This document shows positions 1 through 14,520 of a stretch of 64,000 bases of DNA, one piece after another. Both the position numbers and the translations under genes were made by a program. The DNA lies in contig OX597826.1 of NCBI GenBank assembly GCA_951406725.2, forward strand, positions 76,880,001 through 76,944,000, written 5' to 3'. Origin of the DNA: Octopus vulgaris. Lineage: Eukaryota. Every line of letters begins with the position of its first letter. The stretch's first letter is position 1. A model generated the notes under the pieces. The model ran no database searches, had not been told where the DNA came from, and saw nothing but the letters and a program-made list of their open reading frames with translations.

Positions 1-441
1 ATATTAGCTTAAACCCTATTCTATTTTACGTCTCTAATTCATCGTTACGCACCCCTATTCAGCCTTTCCTTACCTTTTCCGATTACGTGTGTCTAAAATC
101 TACGACGGATTCGTAATCAACAATGGCGATGATAAAACAAAGCCGCTGATGCTCTTTCGCTCGTCCCACTTTCCGTTTCAGAGTGAACAATCGCTGTCAT
201 GTTGTAGCTCTTCCGAAAGTCTACTTTACTCCCTCCGCTTTTGCTCATCAAGATGAATCGTTAGTCTAATAACAGTAATCGTTGTACACAGATTGTAGAG
301 ATGAAACAAAAAACATTTGGTGTGATACTTCTCAGACCTTCTTATAAAACATCTCGTTTCAAAGTGGAGATAGTTTTTTTCCTCTTTCAAATGTCGATAA
401 TAATCGACATAGTAGTAGTAGTAGTAGCAGCAAAAATAATG

Positions 442-483
<42 letters not shown>

Positions 484-823
484 TCAGAGGCTAAGCTGAC
501 ACCATATATAACCTGAAGTACAAGAAATGAAAATACGTACGACGGCTATAAGTAATAATGTCGGGAACTGCTACAAAAATGCGAACAACTAATATGAAAG
601 CTGTTCACAAAGTTAAGAACAACAACAACAACAACAACATATGACAAGATCATTTGAATGGAAGAAAGTCAATTAAAATATCAAAAATAACAACGAAGCA
701 ATAACAGTAAATATTACAACAAAATCCCTCAAATAAATATAAACGCCATCAGAATATTTGCAAATAAATGTCTAATGTTGTGACTTACAGGGACAGATAT
801 TTATGCAAATATGTTTATATATG

Positions 824-872
<49 letters not shown>

Positions 873-922
873 TTATATAATATGAATATAACATATTTCT
901 GAAATAATAATAATAATAATAA

Positions 923-963
<41 letters not shown>

Positions 964-1032
964 TAAAAATAATAGCGTATGGAAAACACTCGGCGAGAAA
1001 CGGAAGAAAATTTGAAGAAAGAAGGAAAAAAC

Positions 1033-1064
<32 letters not shown>

Positions 1065-1068
<4 letters not shown>

Positions 1069-1582
1069 GCCCTGATGCAGTACCAGGAAGTGGCTCTCGT
1101 GGCTTCTGATCTTAACTGATTGGAAGTGTTGTCATGTGCATTGTTTTGTCTTGGTATAAAAGATGGGCTACAGCAAATATTCTGCTCAATACCACAGATT
1201 TGCTTGTCAGTTGTTTGAGCATGTTTCTTGGTGGCTGACGATATGTGCATCTCTGATCACGAGCAGAAGTAGTGGGGGAGCATCATAGCCATGTGTCGAG
1301 AGGGATTCTTTGGGGTTTGAATAATCCACATTTGGAAACATGGGTGTTTCGTTCAACATCTTTAAACAACCCTTATTCAGGGACCTTTTGAGCAGTATGG
1401 GTTACTCGAACAGAATAAAATTCTAACTGGGCCCCATCTGCAAGGTCATGTGCTGTTTATCTTGATATCAGATCACCACGTAGCGCATATATGGTTGTGA
1501 TGCATGTGCCTGGTGTACCCCTATCAGACGGGTAGTCATGATGGGTATACTGGGCTTCGTATATTTTACCCCAGTTTCACTC
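1065..1582 (+). mobile_element. ~520-550 bp non-coding interspersed repeat embedded in (TAA)n, copy 1
   Basis: Reverse complement aligns along its length with 21030-21582. (TAA)n on both sides. Lacks ~25 nt near the 3' end, between two TCACT microhomologies. Confidence 0.85.
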
Positions 1583-1586
1583 AATG

Positions 1587-1647
<61 letters not shown>

Positions 1648-2267
1648 TAATAATAATAATAATAATAATAATGATAATAATAATAATAATAATAATTTAT
1701 TGTTGTTAGTATTATTATTATTATCATCATCATCATTATCATTTTTATATCTGTGTGTATGCATGTAAGTATGTATGTATAAACACATACATATGTACCA
1801 CATCCACGTGCAGTCGGTCTCATGTGAGTATACGCACGTGCTGAGCTTGTATGTACAGATATATAAGGATTATGTACAAATAAGTGTATGCGCGCGCGCG
1901 CGCGCGCGTGTGTGTGTGTGTGAGTGCTAGACTGTACGAATATACACGAGTGTCTGTGTGCGAATATTAAGATGTTTAAGTAGGTAGCATGTTGTCGGAT
2001 ATAATGGCTTTAAAATCACCTCTTCCACAGACAGCCTTTGGCAACAACCACGGAGAGACGAAATATTCATTAAGAGGAATATAGAATCCAACGCGGAGGT
2101 CATAAAATCATGGATCTTATTACAATACATGAAATACATAAAGTACACATCTTAAACCTCCCATGCAATTTTCAGATGTGACATCGAGTTTGCCTCACTT
2201 TTAATATACGCGCGTCCCACTCCAATCTCCACATACGAAAGACACTAAGCTTAGGGAAACTCACATA

Positions 2268-2296
2268 TGCACATACATACATACATACATACATTC

Positions 2297-2327
<31 letters not shown>

Positions 2328-2376
2328 CATACATACATACATACATACATACATACATACATTCTTACATACATTC

Positions 2377-2407
<31 letters not shown>

Positions 2408-2424
2408 CATACATACATACATTC

Positions 2425-2455
<31 letters not shown>

Positions 2456-2676
2456 CATACATACATTCTTACATACATACATACATACATACTTACATAC
2501 ATTCTTACATACATACATGCATACATACTTACATACATTCTTACATACATACATACATACATACATTCTTACATACATTCTTACATACATACATACATAC
2601 ATACATATATACATACATACTTACATACATTCTTACATACATACATACATACATACATACATTCTTACATACATTC

Positions 2677-2707
<31 letters not shown>

Positions 2708-2740
2708 CATACATACATACATACATACATACATACATTC

Positions 2741-2771
<31 letters not shown>

Positions 2772-2873
2772 CATACTTACATACATTCTTACATACATAC
2801 ATGCATACATACTTACATACATTCTTACATACATACATACATACTTACATTCATTCTTACATACATACATGCA

Positions 2874-2900
<27 letters not shown>
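2268..2900. repeat. (TACA)n microsatellite with recurrent CATTCTTA variant units
   Basis: Direct reading. Source of the spurious YIHT/MYVC ORFs. Confidence 0.95.
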
Positions 2901-2909
<9 letters not shown>

Positions 2910-3145
2910 TGTACATACCTACATCTATATATATATATACATGCATATATGAGTACAGGACATCAAAAAAACGTAGAACACTATGAAAAACGAAAACATA
3001 AAAACAAAAACATGGAAACGGACTTTTTTCAAACAACGAAAAAAACAGAGTACAAGACATACAACACAAGGAATATTCCCCTTCTTCAGTTGCCCCTGTT
3101 TCGACTACTCCGTGTTTCGAAGGTACTACATAGGTACAAATAGTA

Positions 3146-3968
3146 TTTAGTTAGTTAGTTAGTTAGTTAATTTGGCTCAAAAGCAAATAGCAAGGCCATG
3201 TAGGGGGACATGGAGTTAAGTACAGGGTGGTGTTCATGTAAAGAGTTCAGGCCACTTGAGGTCCAGGGAGGCTTTGAACAAAGCGGTCGTCGGCATCTTC
3301 ACCATCTCGTCTGGCAGCTTGTTCCACGGATCCGCAACCCGGACGGAGAAAGCTCCTCTCCTTCGATTGAGATGAAATCGTCGCAGGTAGAGCTTTTCGG
3401 AATGACCCCGCAGCCGACGCTCCGGAGCAGGAGTGAAGAACAGCTCTTTCGAGAGGTTAAACTTCCCGCTTATGATGTTGTGGGCGAGAATGAGATCACC
3501 ACGGCGGCGGCGTTTTTCAAGAGAACAAAGGTCGAGCGTCCTCAGCCTTTCTTCGTAGGACAAATTTTTGAGACCATGAACCATGCGGGTAGCCAGCCTC
3601 TGGACTCTTTCGAGGTGCTGTATGTCTTTGAGGAGATAAGGAGAAGAGGCTTGAATCCCATACTCCAATATGGGTCTCACCAGCGTGACATAGAGTGGCA
3701 GGAATATGGCTGCTGTGAGCATTCCGAATGACCGTCGAATCAAAAACAGAATTCCGCGCGCTTTGTTGGCAGCATGGACGCACTGGGCCGAAGGCGAAAA
3801 GGAGGAATCCACCAAGATACCCAGGTCCTTTACCTGATCGGTCCTCTCCAGCAGCAGACGACCCGGCTCGAAATCAAGTTGAGTTGCAGGAGTAGAGCCG
3901 ACAGGCAGATGACAGCACTTTGACACGTTCAGACACAGGTCCCAATCGTTAGACCACTTCCAAATTTG
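3146..3968 (-). mobile_element. 5'-truncated CR1/L2-group LINE (RT C-terminal region, 3' UTR, (TAAC)n tail)
   Basis: Uninterrupted ORF 3234-3926 with KDLGILVDS, LYVTLVRPILEYG, LERVQRLATR, SYEERLRTL, RRRRGDLI and WNKLP, typical of CR1-group ORF2 C-termini. Short UTR then (TTAG)n on + at 3146-3170. Confidence 0.92.
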
Positions 3969-4005
3969 GAATATTTGAATATCAAAGGTGTGCTAGGCAC
4001 AAAGC

Positions 4006-4211
4006 AAGCGAGCTGGCAGAACAGTTAGCACGCTGGGTGAAATGATTTGTAGCATTTCAACTATCTTTGCGTTCTGAGTTCGAATTCTGCCGAGGTCAAC
4101 TTTGCCTTTCATCCTTTCAGGGTCGATAAAATAAGTACTAGTTGAACTCTAGGTTCGATGTAATCGACTCATCCCCACCAACTCCAAGCCGCCTTTGCGC
4201 CAAAAATTTGA

Positions 4212-4212
<1 letters not shown>
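4006..4212 (+). mobile_element. tRNA-derived SINE with Deu/Nin-like central domain (tail type 1)
   Basis: Box A-like TGGCAGAACAGTTAG, box B-like GTTCGAATTC, core GCCTTTCATCCTTTCAGGGTCGATAAAATAAGTAC. More than 10 related copies in the window. Confidence 0.85.
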
Positions 4213-4270
<58 letters not shown>

Positions 4271-4290
4271 AAATAATAATAATAATAATA

Positions 4291-4487
4291 GTCTTGACTA
4301 TTGAAAAGGTTGCAAGACGCAACGAAAATTTTAGGAAAATATAAATATGAAATAAGTGGAAATTTTACCGGTGAGTGTGTTGAATTATAAAGCACAAAAA
4401 GAAAATGACTCTCCCCAGACAAAACAGAATATGCTTCAACACACGAACTCATATAAAGAATCTTGCAAACCAAATCCCAAAACGAAA
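4291..4487 (+). repeat. ~200-bp interspersed repeat, possible Penelope-like terminal fragment
   Basis: Homologous to 14270-14520 and 28166-28260. Lies between a (TAA)n and an (ATT)n tract. Confidence 0.7.
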
Positions 4488-4488
4488 C

Positions 4489-4553
<65 letters not shown>

Positions 4554-4567
4554 TATTATTATTATTA

Positions 4568-4635
<68 letters not shown>

Positions 4636-4666
4636 ATCATTATTATTATTATTATTATTACTATTT

Positions 4667-4724
<58 letters not shown>

Positions 4725-4973
4725 AAGAAGAAGAAGAAGAAGAAGAGTGAAAAAAGCGTCGACTTTTAGACGCTCCATCAAACTGACAACTCAGCTGTGA
4801 GAATAATTGCAATATTGTGCCAGAGGTGGAGAGAATGTGAATGGTCTGTCGAGGAAGCGAGCAGCCATTGAACGCTGTAAAATAACAATAATAATAATAA
4901 CAACAACAACAACAATAATAATAATTACAATAACAATAACAATAATAATAATAATAACAATAATAATAATAAC

Positions 4974-5032
<59 letters not shown>

Positions 5033-5051
5033 CAATAATAATAATAATGAC

Positions 5052-5086
<35 letters not shown>

Positions 5087-5105
5087 CAATAATAATAATA
5101 ATGAC

Positions 5106-5147
<42 letters not shown>

Positions 5148-5169
5148 TACAATAATAATAATAATAATA

Positions 5170-5206
<37 letters not shown>

Positions 5207-5207
5207 C

Positions 5208-5241
<34 letters not shown>

Positions 5242-5262
5242 GTTATGATGACGACGACGACA

Positions 5263-5299
<37 letters not shown>

Positions 5300-5345
5300 C
5301 GACGATGACGACGACAATGATGATGATATGATGACGAGGAGGAGG
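4488..5345. repeat. Compound trinucleotide microsatellites (ATT)n/(GTA)n/(GAA)n and (AAT)n/(GAT)n
   Basis: Direct reading. Confidence 0.95.
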
Positions 5346-5704
5346 TGGATGATAAATAAGTAAAAAGAGAAAAAAAAGATTTAGAAATAAAAAAGAAAGA
5401 ACAAATTAATTACGAATAAACGGGGCACGGATTGATAAGTGAAGGGCCTTCGGCATAATTCCGAAGAAGTCTTGGATATTCGAGACACTTCAGGTCAATA
5501 AAGAGAAAAAAATCCAAAGAAACAGAGTCTCTCGATGATAAGATAGTATATCAATGGCGTTCATGAGACGAAAGGGGAGAATCAATGACACTGCAAAATG
5601 ACAAGGGGCGACTGTGCATGTGCGTGTGTCTGTTAGTATGCGCATATGAGTGCCTGGGTGTGTATTACATGTTGTGTAATGTGTGTGTGTGTTTTGTGTA
5701 GTGC

Positions 5705-5751
<47 letters not shown>

Positions 5752-5782
5752 CACACATATATATATATATATACACACATAT

Positions 5783-5865
<83 letters not shown>

Positions 5866-5990
5866 ACATATATACATGTATATGAATATGTAACTGCGAT
5901 CAAAGGGGCTGATGAGAATGGTTTATTTGTGTATTATTAGGGGCAAAATGTTTCTTCTCGTACGATACATCCAAAAGATGTGCGACCATG

Positions 5991-6030
<40 letters not shown>

Positions 6031-7200
6031 ACCCACCCTCTCAACTTACACAGATTTCGTTCACACTTTTTGCATCGAAGGCACTCCAGTCATGACCACA
6101 ACATGTTTTAGTGGTATGCCTAGGACTTCGTTTGCCAATGTGTCCATTTATTATTTAGGAGGATAAAATTCGCGATGGAGTATATTTCGCTGCTATTCTT
6201 AAATAGGTTAAGCGACCACATAAAGAAATATTTCTCACCTTATTTAATGTTATCAATGTTTGATTTGCCTCGCTTTTATTGACGATGATAGAGTTGCGTT
6301 TTCGTGGGGGTGGGGGGTTTGGTTCTAACTATAATAATCGCGACGGCCAAGTGATTTCTGCTGTGGCTCAGTGAGCACACAAAGTTCAAATGCCCCCCGG
6401 GGTCAATGCTATTTTTTCTTATTTCGGTGTCCTTAGAATAAGCTACCTTCCCGGATCGATGGATTAAAGCATCACCGTATTTCTTCCGGTTGTTTTCATT
6501 CTGAAAATATGGGTAGCAACGTTAATCCTCCCTCCAGTTCAACACCACTACCTGGATCTTGGATACCTTTAGCAGATTGAATTTTAATGCATTCATTTAA
6601 GCTAAGTCACCACTATAAAATTAACTTTGTTTTTCTATTCTTACTTGCCCTGAAAAAATAATACATAGGATCATGGATGCTATCTCTTCTTCATTGGACT
6701 AACGGAACCTGAGGGTAGTTTCAGGTTACGGTTTCCAAAGGACAACGCCTTTCAATTAATTATTCTTGAAGTCTTGTTGCATTCAGCTCCGTGTTATATA
6801 CCGTACAAGAAGGTATTTCGGTAAATATATCATTTTCAAATAAAATCTCTAGGAATTATCCATTTATCTTCCCCGCCCAATATTCCTGGGGGGACCATTG
6901 AAGTAGCTTCCTCAGGTATTTTCTCCATAGGGACCTCACAGAAGCAACCGCCATTAGAGTTTGCCTTTCATGACAAACTACGATTACGGATATTATCCAA
7001 GCATCTTATTTTCCGTCTTCCCCAAGATCTCTTGCCCTTTGGCTCGATTTAAGAAATCTGTCTTGTGATTTTTTTACCTGCAACATTCTAATCACGTGTC
7101 TATTGTCTCAAAACACGCGTAAATAGTATTTTGCTTTCAATGAACAAAATAATCTTGAAATAAACACAATACGCCATATAAGAACATGCATAAGCATACG

Positions 7201-7241
7201 CGGAGGCGCATTGGCTCAGTGGTTTGGGCAGCGGACTCTCG
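7201..7241 (+). mobile_element. 5' head fragment of a tRNA-derived SINE
   Basis: GGAGGCGCATTGGCTCAGTGGTTTGGGCAGCGGACTC resembles the head of the 33988-34281 family (box A). Confidence 0.5.
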
Positions 7242-7242
7242 C

Positions 7243-8390
7243 TGGATAACAGTTAACGTTTCCAAGATAACAGTTTCTCAACTCGTTTCGGAGTGAGGCC
7301 GGTCACTCTGCTCATAACTTTGTCCTAGTTTCTTTCCACCAAGAGATCTGGACCAAACAAGGCATTGCCGGGTCATAATGCTAGTAGTGATTAATTTAGT
7401 GGAATTGTTTTGGATTATATAATCCCTAATGTGGATCTAGCATCCTCGAATTGACTATAAATGCATTTATATATTTATATATTTATATATATGTATGTAT
7501 GTATATATGTATGTATGTATTCCAGCGGGCGCATCGAAGTATGTCTAGTTTCATGTTGTGTCTCTAATAACATTAAGGTGCAGAAATGCCCGAAATATTG
7601 CTTCTGCAATGGCTTAATGATCACCACGATTTCAGTAGCGGTCTGGAAGAAAGTGTTGAGTGTCCGGTATTCCAGGTGCTCGGCATCCAATTTTGATCTT
7701 TGCTTTCACCAAGGGCTGCAACTTTATCAAAGAGCACGAAGATTACCCATGCTCATCATCAAGGAAAATCTGCAAGTAGCGCAAGCTCAGTAGGTGTCTG
7801 CGCACCAGCAAGCTCAGCATGCCGGGATCGCTTTCAAAGCAAGTTGCCAACAGCTCTATCGCTAGACGAGTGGAACGTGTCCCTTCAACAGAAAGGGCAA
7901 TAAGAGACGATCCAGTGTCGCTAATCGGAAACCGGGGCAAGAAAAAACGGTCTGGTGGTAAGTTTATTACGAAGAATGTGGGAATTCGACAGCTCTGCTC
8001 GACATTTCCAGGATAACAGTTTCTCAACTCGTTTCGGAATGATGCTGGTCACTCTGTTCATAACTCCGTCCCAGTTTCTTTCCATCAAGAGGTCTGGACC
8101 AAACAAGGCTTCGAGCAATTTAACTGGTCCTACTGTCCGGCGATTTAGTATGCTATTCAACAGCATAGATTTTCCATGCCAAGAGCCAGGCCGCAAGCCC
8201 ACCGACTTATCCAGTTTCTCTCGGTTCTTGCCATCGCCTCGTATTCCTTTAGCATAACCTCGATTACTTATTCTTCAGTAGTGTCCGACATCATTAAGGT
8301 GACGGTATATGCATTCGCCGAAACAGCTCTCTCCCGCATCCCATTTCTGGCATCTGCAGCGTTAGCCCGAGAAGCAATACGTATAGAAGA
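7243..8390 (-). mobile_element. Decayed Tx1/L1-group LINE RT fragments
   Basis: Minus-strand peptide GLRPGSWHGKSM...GPVKLLEALFGPDLLMERNW...LSWKCRAE aligns with GLRLGTWRSKPM...GPVELLGVWFGPDLQMEKNW...LSLKGRAE at 56.8-57.0 kb. 7243-7360 is a diverged duplicate of 8010-8110. Confidence 0.8.
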
Positions 8391-9026
8391 GATTAAAGAC
8401 AAAACGCTTAACTTGATGGGTACTTTTCTTTACCAATTCCGGGATGGATGAAAGACAAAGTTAAACTCGGCGGAACTCTATTGTAAAGAGTCACAAGAAA
8501 CACAGCAAAGCATTTTCCCGACCCTCTAACGATCTGGATTTGCTATTATTCTTTCTGAATACAAGGCCAGAATGTTTGAGTGCTTTAGGCGTACAATAGA
8601 TCCCAGTATTAGGATAGCATCGACACCGCGAATCGATGCTATTTTCTAATCAACACCCGCCCAAAAGCGCCGGGTTTGTATCTAAATAAGAGCCGGCACT
8701 TTTGAGCGAGAGCAGCATTACTGGACAATGGTTGAAATAGTCGAACGTATCGACCAAAGTAAAAACGTTATCCTTATTTTCTTGATCGAGATAGAAATTG
8801 AAATACAGCAGAAAGAAAGAAAGTAGAGCAGAGAGAGAGAGAGAGAGAGAGAGTTCGTGAAAGGGGTTTGGTAAAATTTGTCACCTGAAACCGTCCAAGT
8901 AAGGCATAATCCCACACCATCATGCTCAACCCACTCACAATTCCATGTATTTTGAAGCGAGAGAAACGGAAGTTAAAACGGTAAACTAGTTCCCGACAAT
9001 GTATCGCTTTCTTCAGACCCATAAAT

Positions 9027-9075
<49 letters not shown>

Positions 9076-9077
9076 CA

Positions 9078-9111
<34 letters not shown>

Positions 9112-9159
9112 CATATACATACATATACATACATATAGATGTATGATATATATGTATAT

Positions 9160-9312
<153 letters not shown>

Positions 9313-9357
9313 CATGTATATATATTCGCATATGTATATATATGTATGCATGCACGT

Positions 9358-9388
<31 letters not shown>

Positions 9389-9872
9389 CGTGTGAGTACG
9401 TGTGTGTGTTTCTGTACGTAATGGTTCCCGTGCTGAATCGTCATTCTTGCTAATTGATTATCTTCATGTTTCCCGCCATTTCCAAGCAGCAGCGGCAGCA
9501 GTAACTCTGCCGCTGAATCTCTGTATGCATGTGTGCGCATGTCTGCGCACGTGTGTGTGTGTTTGTGTGTGTGTGTCGTGATGATGTTTCTCAGTTGTTG
9601 GTCGTTCTAAGCTCATCAGTCAACGGTGTCACTGGTTAGAGTTCATGCGGCGGATAATCCGCCATTTTTGCATCCCTGTATCGTATGGAGTCTGGGAGAG
9701 AAGTGTGAGGGTGTGTGCGTGTGTGTTAACGATGAACATAAGTGCTTATACACATGCACACACTCATACACAGGCACGCACATATATTATATACATACAT
9801 ATATATGCAATACATGTATATACACATATGTGTGTTAGTGTATGCATGTATGCATATATATATACATATATT

Positions 9873-10026
<154 letters not shown>

Positions 10027-10563
10027 GTATATATATATATACATTTATGTATATATGTAATATATATGTGTGTATATATATATATGCATATGCGTCAGTA
10101 CACATTTATTTGTTACTCGATGTGTATGCGTATGTGTGGCTGTTTGTGTGTGTGTGTATGCATTTATGCGTGTGACTTAACATTTCGGTGATATATAAAT
10201 ATGTTTTGCTGACAACGTGCCTTAATATACGTGTACATGAAGGCCTTTTCCTCTCCTCCCCGCCATTTTGTGAGGTTGGGAGGCTGAGGGGTACGTTTGC
10301 TATGATTTTTGTGGTGTTTTTTCTTTCTTTTTTTTGTTTTGTCTTTGTCATTTGTTTATTGAAGAAGTAGGTTATTGGGAACACCACTGCGCTACTTGAA
10401 CACTCCATCTTGTTCAATAAAGAAAGAAAAGGTAGGGAAAACGAACAAATATAATAAGAGAATAGAAGTGGTGAGGAGAGAAAGGGAGGGAAAATGGGAG
10501 GAAAGTGAAAGTAACTGTAAAAGAGAGAGAGAGAGAGAAATAGAGGGTTTGAGACATGTCTCT

Positions 10564-10602
<39 letters not shown>

Positions 10603-10700
10603 ATGTTTGTGTGTGTATATGCGTAGATAAATAAGTAGATTGACATATACATACACACACATGCATATGTATATACATATATTTCTATCTATTTTTCTAA

Positions 10701-10766
<66 letters not shown>

Positions 10767-10767
10767 G

Positions 10768-10833
<66 letters not shown>

Positions 10834-10855
10834 AGTCTGTCTGTCTGTCTATCAG

Positions 10856-10886
<31 letters not shown>

Positions 10887-11479
10887 GTGTATATATATAT
10901 ATGCGTGTACATGTGTGCGTGTATGTGTGTGCGTATACAGAGAGAAAGAAGAGAAAGGGTGTTGGTGAGTGAGAGTGGGATACAAAAAGAAAGAAAGAAA
11001 CAAAAAAGAAAGAAAGAAAGAAGGAAAGAGAAAAAGGGAGATAGCAAGAAATGCTGATAGACAGACAGATGCGATGGTGGGGGTAGAGTGGCAGCCAGCC
11101 AGCCAGCCAGCCAGACAGATAAACAATGAGAGTTAAAAAGATAAGGTGTTAGAATAAATGAGTTGTAATGACAGGGAAGAGTGTCTGCGGATTAATTGAA
11201 TAACAACGGATATCCGGAATACAACATATGTGGAAAGAGATATCACCTTTCAACCTCGCACTCTCCTCCTCTCCCTCCCCCTTTCACTATCTCTTTCTCT
11301 CTCCATTTTGCTCTCCCTTTTTTACTCTCCCTTTTTTGCTCACAAACCCATCTCTTCTTTCACCTTCCTCATTCTCTCTCTCTCTCTCTCTCTCTCACTT
11401 CTGCTCACACTTTAACTTCTGCCTCTCCTTTACTTCCCTATGTCAATGATTTATTTCGCCTCCTTCCTCCACACCACCC

Positions 11480-11740
11480 CTTCTTCTTCTTCTTCTTCTT
11501 CTTCTTCTTCTTCTTCTTCTTCTTCTTCTTCTTCTTCTTCTTCTTCTTCTCCTTCTCTTCTTCTTCCTTCTCCTTCTTCTTCTTCTTCTTCTTCTTCTTC
11601 TTCTTCTTCTCCTTCTCCTCATTCTTCTTCTTCTTCTTCTTTTTCTTCTTCTTCTTCTTCTTCTTCTTCTCCTTCTTCTTCTTTTTCTCCTTCTCCTCCT
11701 CCTTCTTCTTCTTCTTCTTCTTCTTCTTCTTCTACTACTT
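11480..11740. repeat. (TTC)n/(TCC)n polypyrimidine microsatellite
   Basis: Direct reading. Confidence 0.95.
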
Positions 11741-12249
11741 CTTCTCTCTCTCTATCTCTCTGCCTACCCCTTCTTCTCACCTTCAATATCTAACTCTTCC
11801 TTTTCCCCCTCTTTCTTTCTTTCTTTCTTTCTTTCTCAACCCCCAAAAAAACATTTGTGTTGGGATTTGTTATCCTGTTTCTATCAATCAATTCAACTAT
11901 ATCTACATCTCTCTTTCTTACTCTCTCTCCCTCTCTCTTTCTCTCTCCCCAGTTCTCTTTATATATATATATATATGTATGAGTGTGTGTGTGTGTGTGT
12001 GTGTATTGCTCAATCAATAACTCAATCAGTCTAATGAACCAGTCATCTAACACACACACACTAAACCATACACATTCTTTATCTCTATCATGTACGGATG
12101 CATGTATGTATGTACGTGTGTGTGTGTATATATGTATGTCATTGATACTTTACATCAATCTATGCTTATCCCGTACTCCCTGCTGCTGCTACTGCTGCTG
12201 CTGCTGCTGCTTCCTCGGTGACCTCCTCCTCCTCCTCCTTCTCCTTCTC

Positions 12250-12570
12250 CTCCTCCACCTTCCTTTCTGCCTCTCTTCCTTTTCGCTGCCATACACCTTA
12301 CTGCACTCTAGTGCACTGCACATCACTGTTCCATGAAGTATGTACATCCCCGCCACACCTACACCTGCACCATACAGCATTGCTCTTCCCTGCCTCTGTC
12401 AACACATCCATAACCGCAAGAATGAGATTCGTCTCCTTCCCAGCTCCGATACCAAACCAAACCGAATCAACCCTCCCCACCTATTTTTTACCTCCATCCT
12501 CCTCCACTGGACAGCTTCAAGTCTAAAGTTAAAAAATACAAACCCACTGTCCACAAACACTTAGTCCTGT
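12250..12570 (+). mobile_element. Highly decayed LINE ORF2 C-terminus (CR1/Jockey-like)
   Basis: Frameshifted peptides PYSIALP, TLPTYFLP and LDSFKSKVKK resemble the WNxLPxxVF...LxxFKxxVxK end of such ORFs. Confidence 0.4.
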
Positions 12571-12724
12571 CGTCCGTCTAACCACACCCTCCTGCACTGG
12601 CCCCGGCCAACGCGACATCTTTTTCTATTTCCATCCCGCCTTCTCTACTTTTCGCTACAACGCAAAACTCTTTCTTTTTTTTCTTTTTTTTTTTTTGTCT
12701 ATGGTTTTTCTTAAGAGTTCTTCG

Positions 12725-12782
12725 GCTTGGCTTAGCTTAGCTTAGCTTAACTAAGCTTAACTTAGCTTAACTTAAACTTAGC
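12725..12782. repeat. Degenerate pentanucleotide (CTTAG/CTTAA)n tract
   Basis: Direct reading. Confidence 0.85.
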
Positions 12783-13009
12783 CGAGAAGAGGTCAGATGA
12801 GCTGAACTTAGCTTCGATGGAAAAGCTGAGATTAATGGAACTGAACTGAGTTTAACCTCCTATATCCTTGTTCCAGTTCCAACCTTACATGGAACCGCAC
12901 CTGGAACATGCGATTCCATGACCGCTTCAACCACCATCACCATTCGCGACTCTAGCACTGCCAACACAAGCAACTACAACCATAACGTTCACTACATCCA
13001 CATTCACCC

Positions 13010-13452
<443 letters not shown>

Positions 13453-13659
13453 CACTCTTCTTACTACTGCTGCTACAACTACTAGTACCGCTATCACCAG
13501 CAACAAACGCTACCACCATTACTAGCGCATTACCACTTCGATGGTTATTATCAAACTTTGTTAACAAGTTCCTTTTTATCATTCCTACACATATTTATCC
13601 ACCACTACCACCACCACCACCACCACCATCACCACCACTTTCATTACAACCAGGAGCTT

Positions 13660-13812
13660 GTGATTCTGAATGCGGTCGCCTTACCTGCTAAAAATAGTAG
13701 CCAAATCTCTCTTAAATTAAACCTTACCAGCTTTCAGAAGAATGACTTATTGTATAAGGACACTAAATTATGGGGCGGTCATGGCTGGAATATGCTTGAT
13801 CATTGGTTTACT
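13660..13812 (+). repeat. Old interspersed repeat, unclassified
   Basis: CCTGCTAAAAATAGTAGCCAAATCT...GGTCATGGCTGGAAT..CTTGATCA recurs in diverged form at ~31480-31612, ~38500-38535 and ~50150-50830. Confidence 0.5.
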
Positions 13813-14269
13813 CCATAAGCTCTGACTACGGTTTATGTGACGACAAAACTGAATGTTATTAAGACATATAAATGGGTTTATTACCGAATATTTTAATTGC
13901 TGTAAGGTAGGCACCAAGACACCGAGAGGTTTACTCATTCTTGCGCTTAAAATGCCCAGTCAAAATTAAGGCCTACAACGTTCGCAGGAAGTCACCCAGA
14001 AATGTATCATTCGCAAGAATCACCACTATCCAAACGACTATAGAAGACTTCGAGCAACGTGCAGCTTTCACGTTGTTCCACCTTCTAAACAACAGCTGAT
14101 CCTTTTGGACCCCTAACAAAGGCTTTCTACCGTTTTAGTGAATCCTCTTTCCATCAACTTCATAATACAGGTTTATCTGTAAAGCAGAACTCCACAGAGA
14201 AAGCCTCGACAAACAACTCTCGTGTTTTGCTGCTGCTCTTTTTTAACAGAAAAGTATATTTTTATTATA

Positions 14270-14520
14270 TTTCGTTTTTTGATTTGGTTTGCAAGATTCT
14301 TTATGAGTTCGTGTTTTGAAGCATATTCGGTTGTGTCTGGGGAGAGTCATTTTCTTTTTGTGCCTTATAATATAACACACTCAAGACTACTGAAAAGGTT
14401 GCAAGACGCAACGAAAATTTTAGGAAAATAAAAATAAGAAATAAGTGAAAATTTTACCGGTGTGTATGTTACATTACAAGGCACAAAAAGAAAATGACTC
14501 TCCCCAGACACAAGAGAATA
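14270..14520. repeat. Inverted (fold-back) copy of the 4291-4487 repeat
   Basis: 14270-14382 is the reverse complement of ~4372-4487; 14383-14520 is a forward copy of ~4295-4432. Confidence 0.8.

Noticed and set aside
2950-3125. Minus-strand GAAAC and CTGAAGA words in a probable repeat fragment
   Set aside because: Order and pairing do not form a hammerhead; no second copy in the window to classify it.
12725-12782. Possible interstitial telomeric repeat
   Set aside because: The unit is TTAGC/TTAAC, not TTAGGG or TTAGG, and the tract is short and degenerate.
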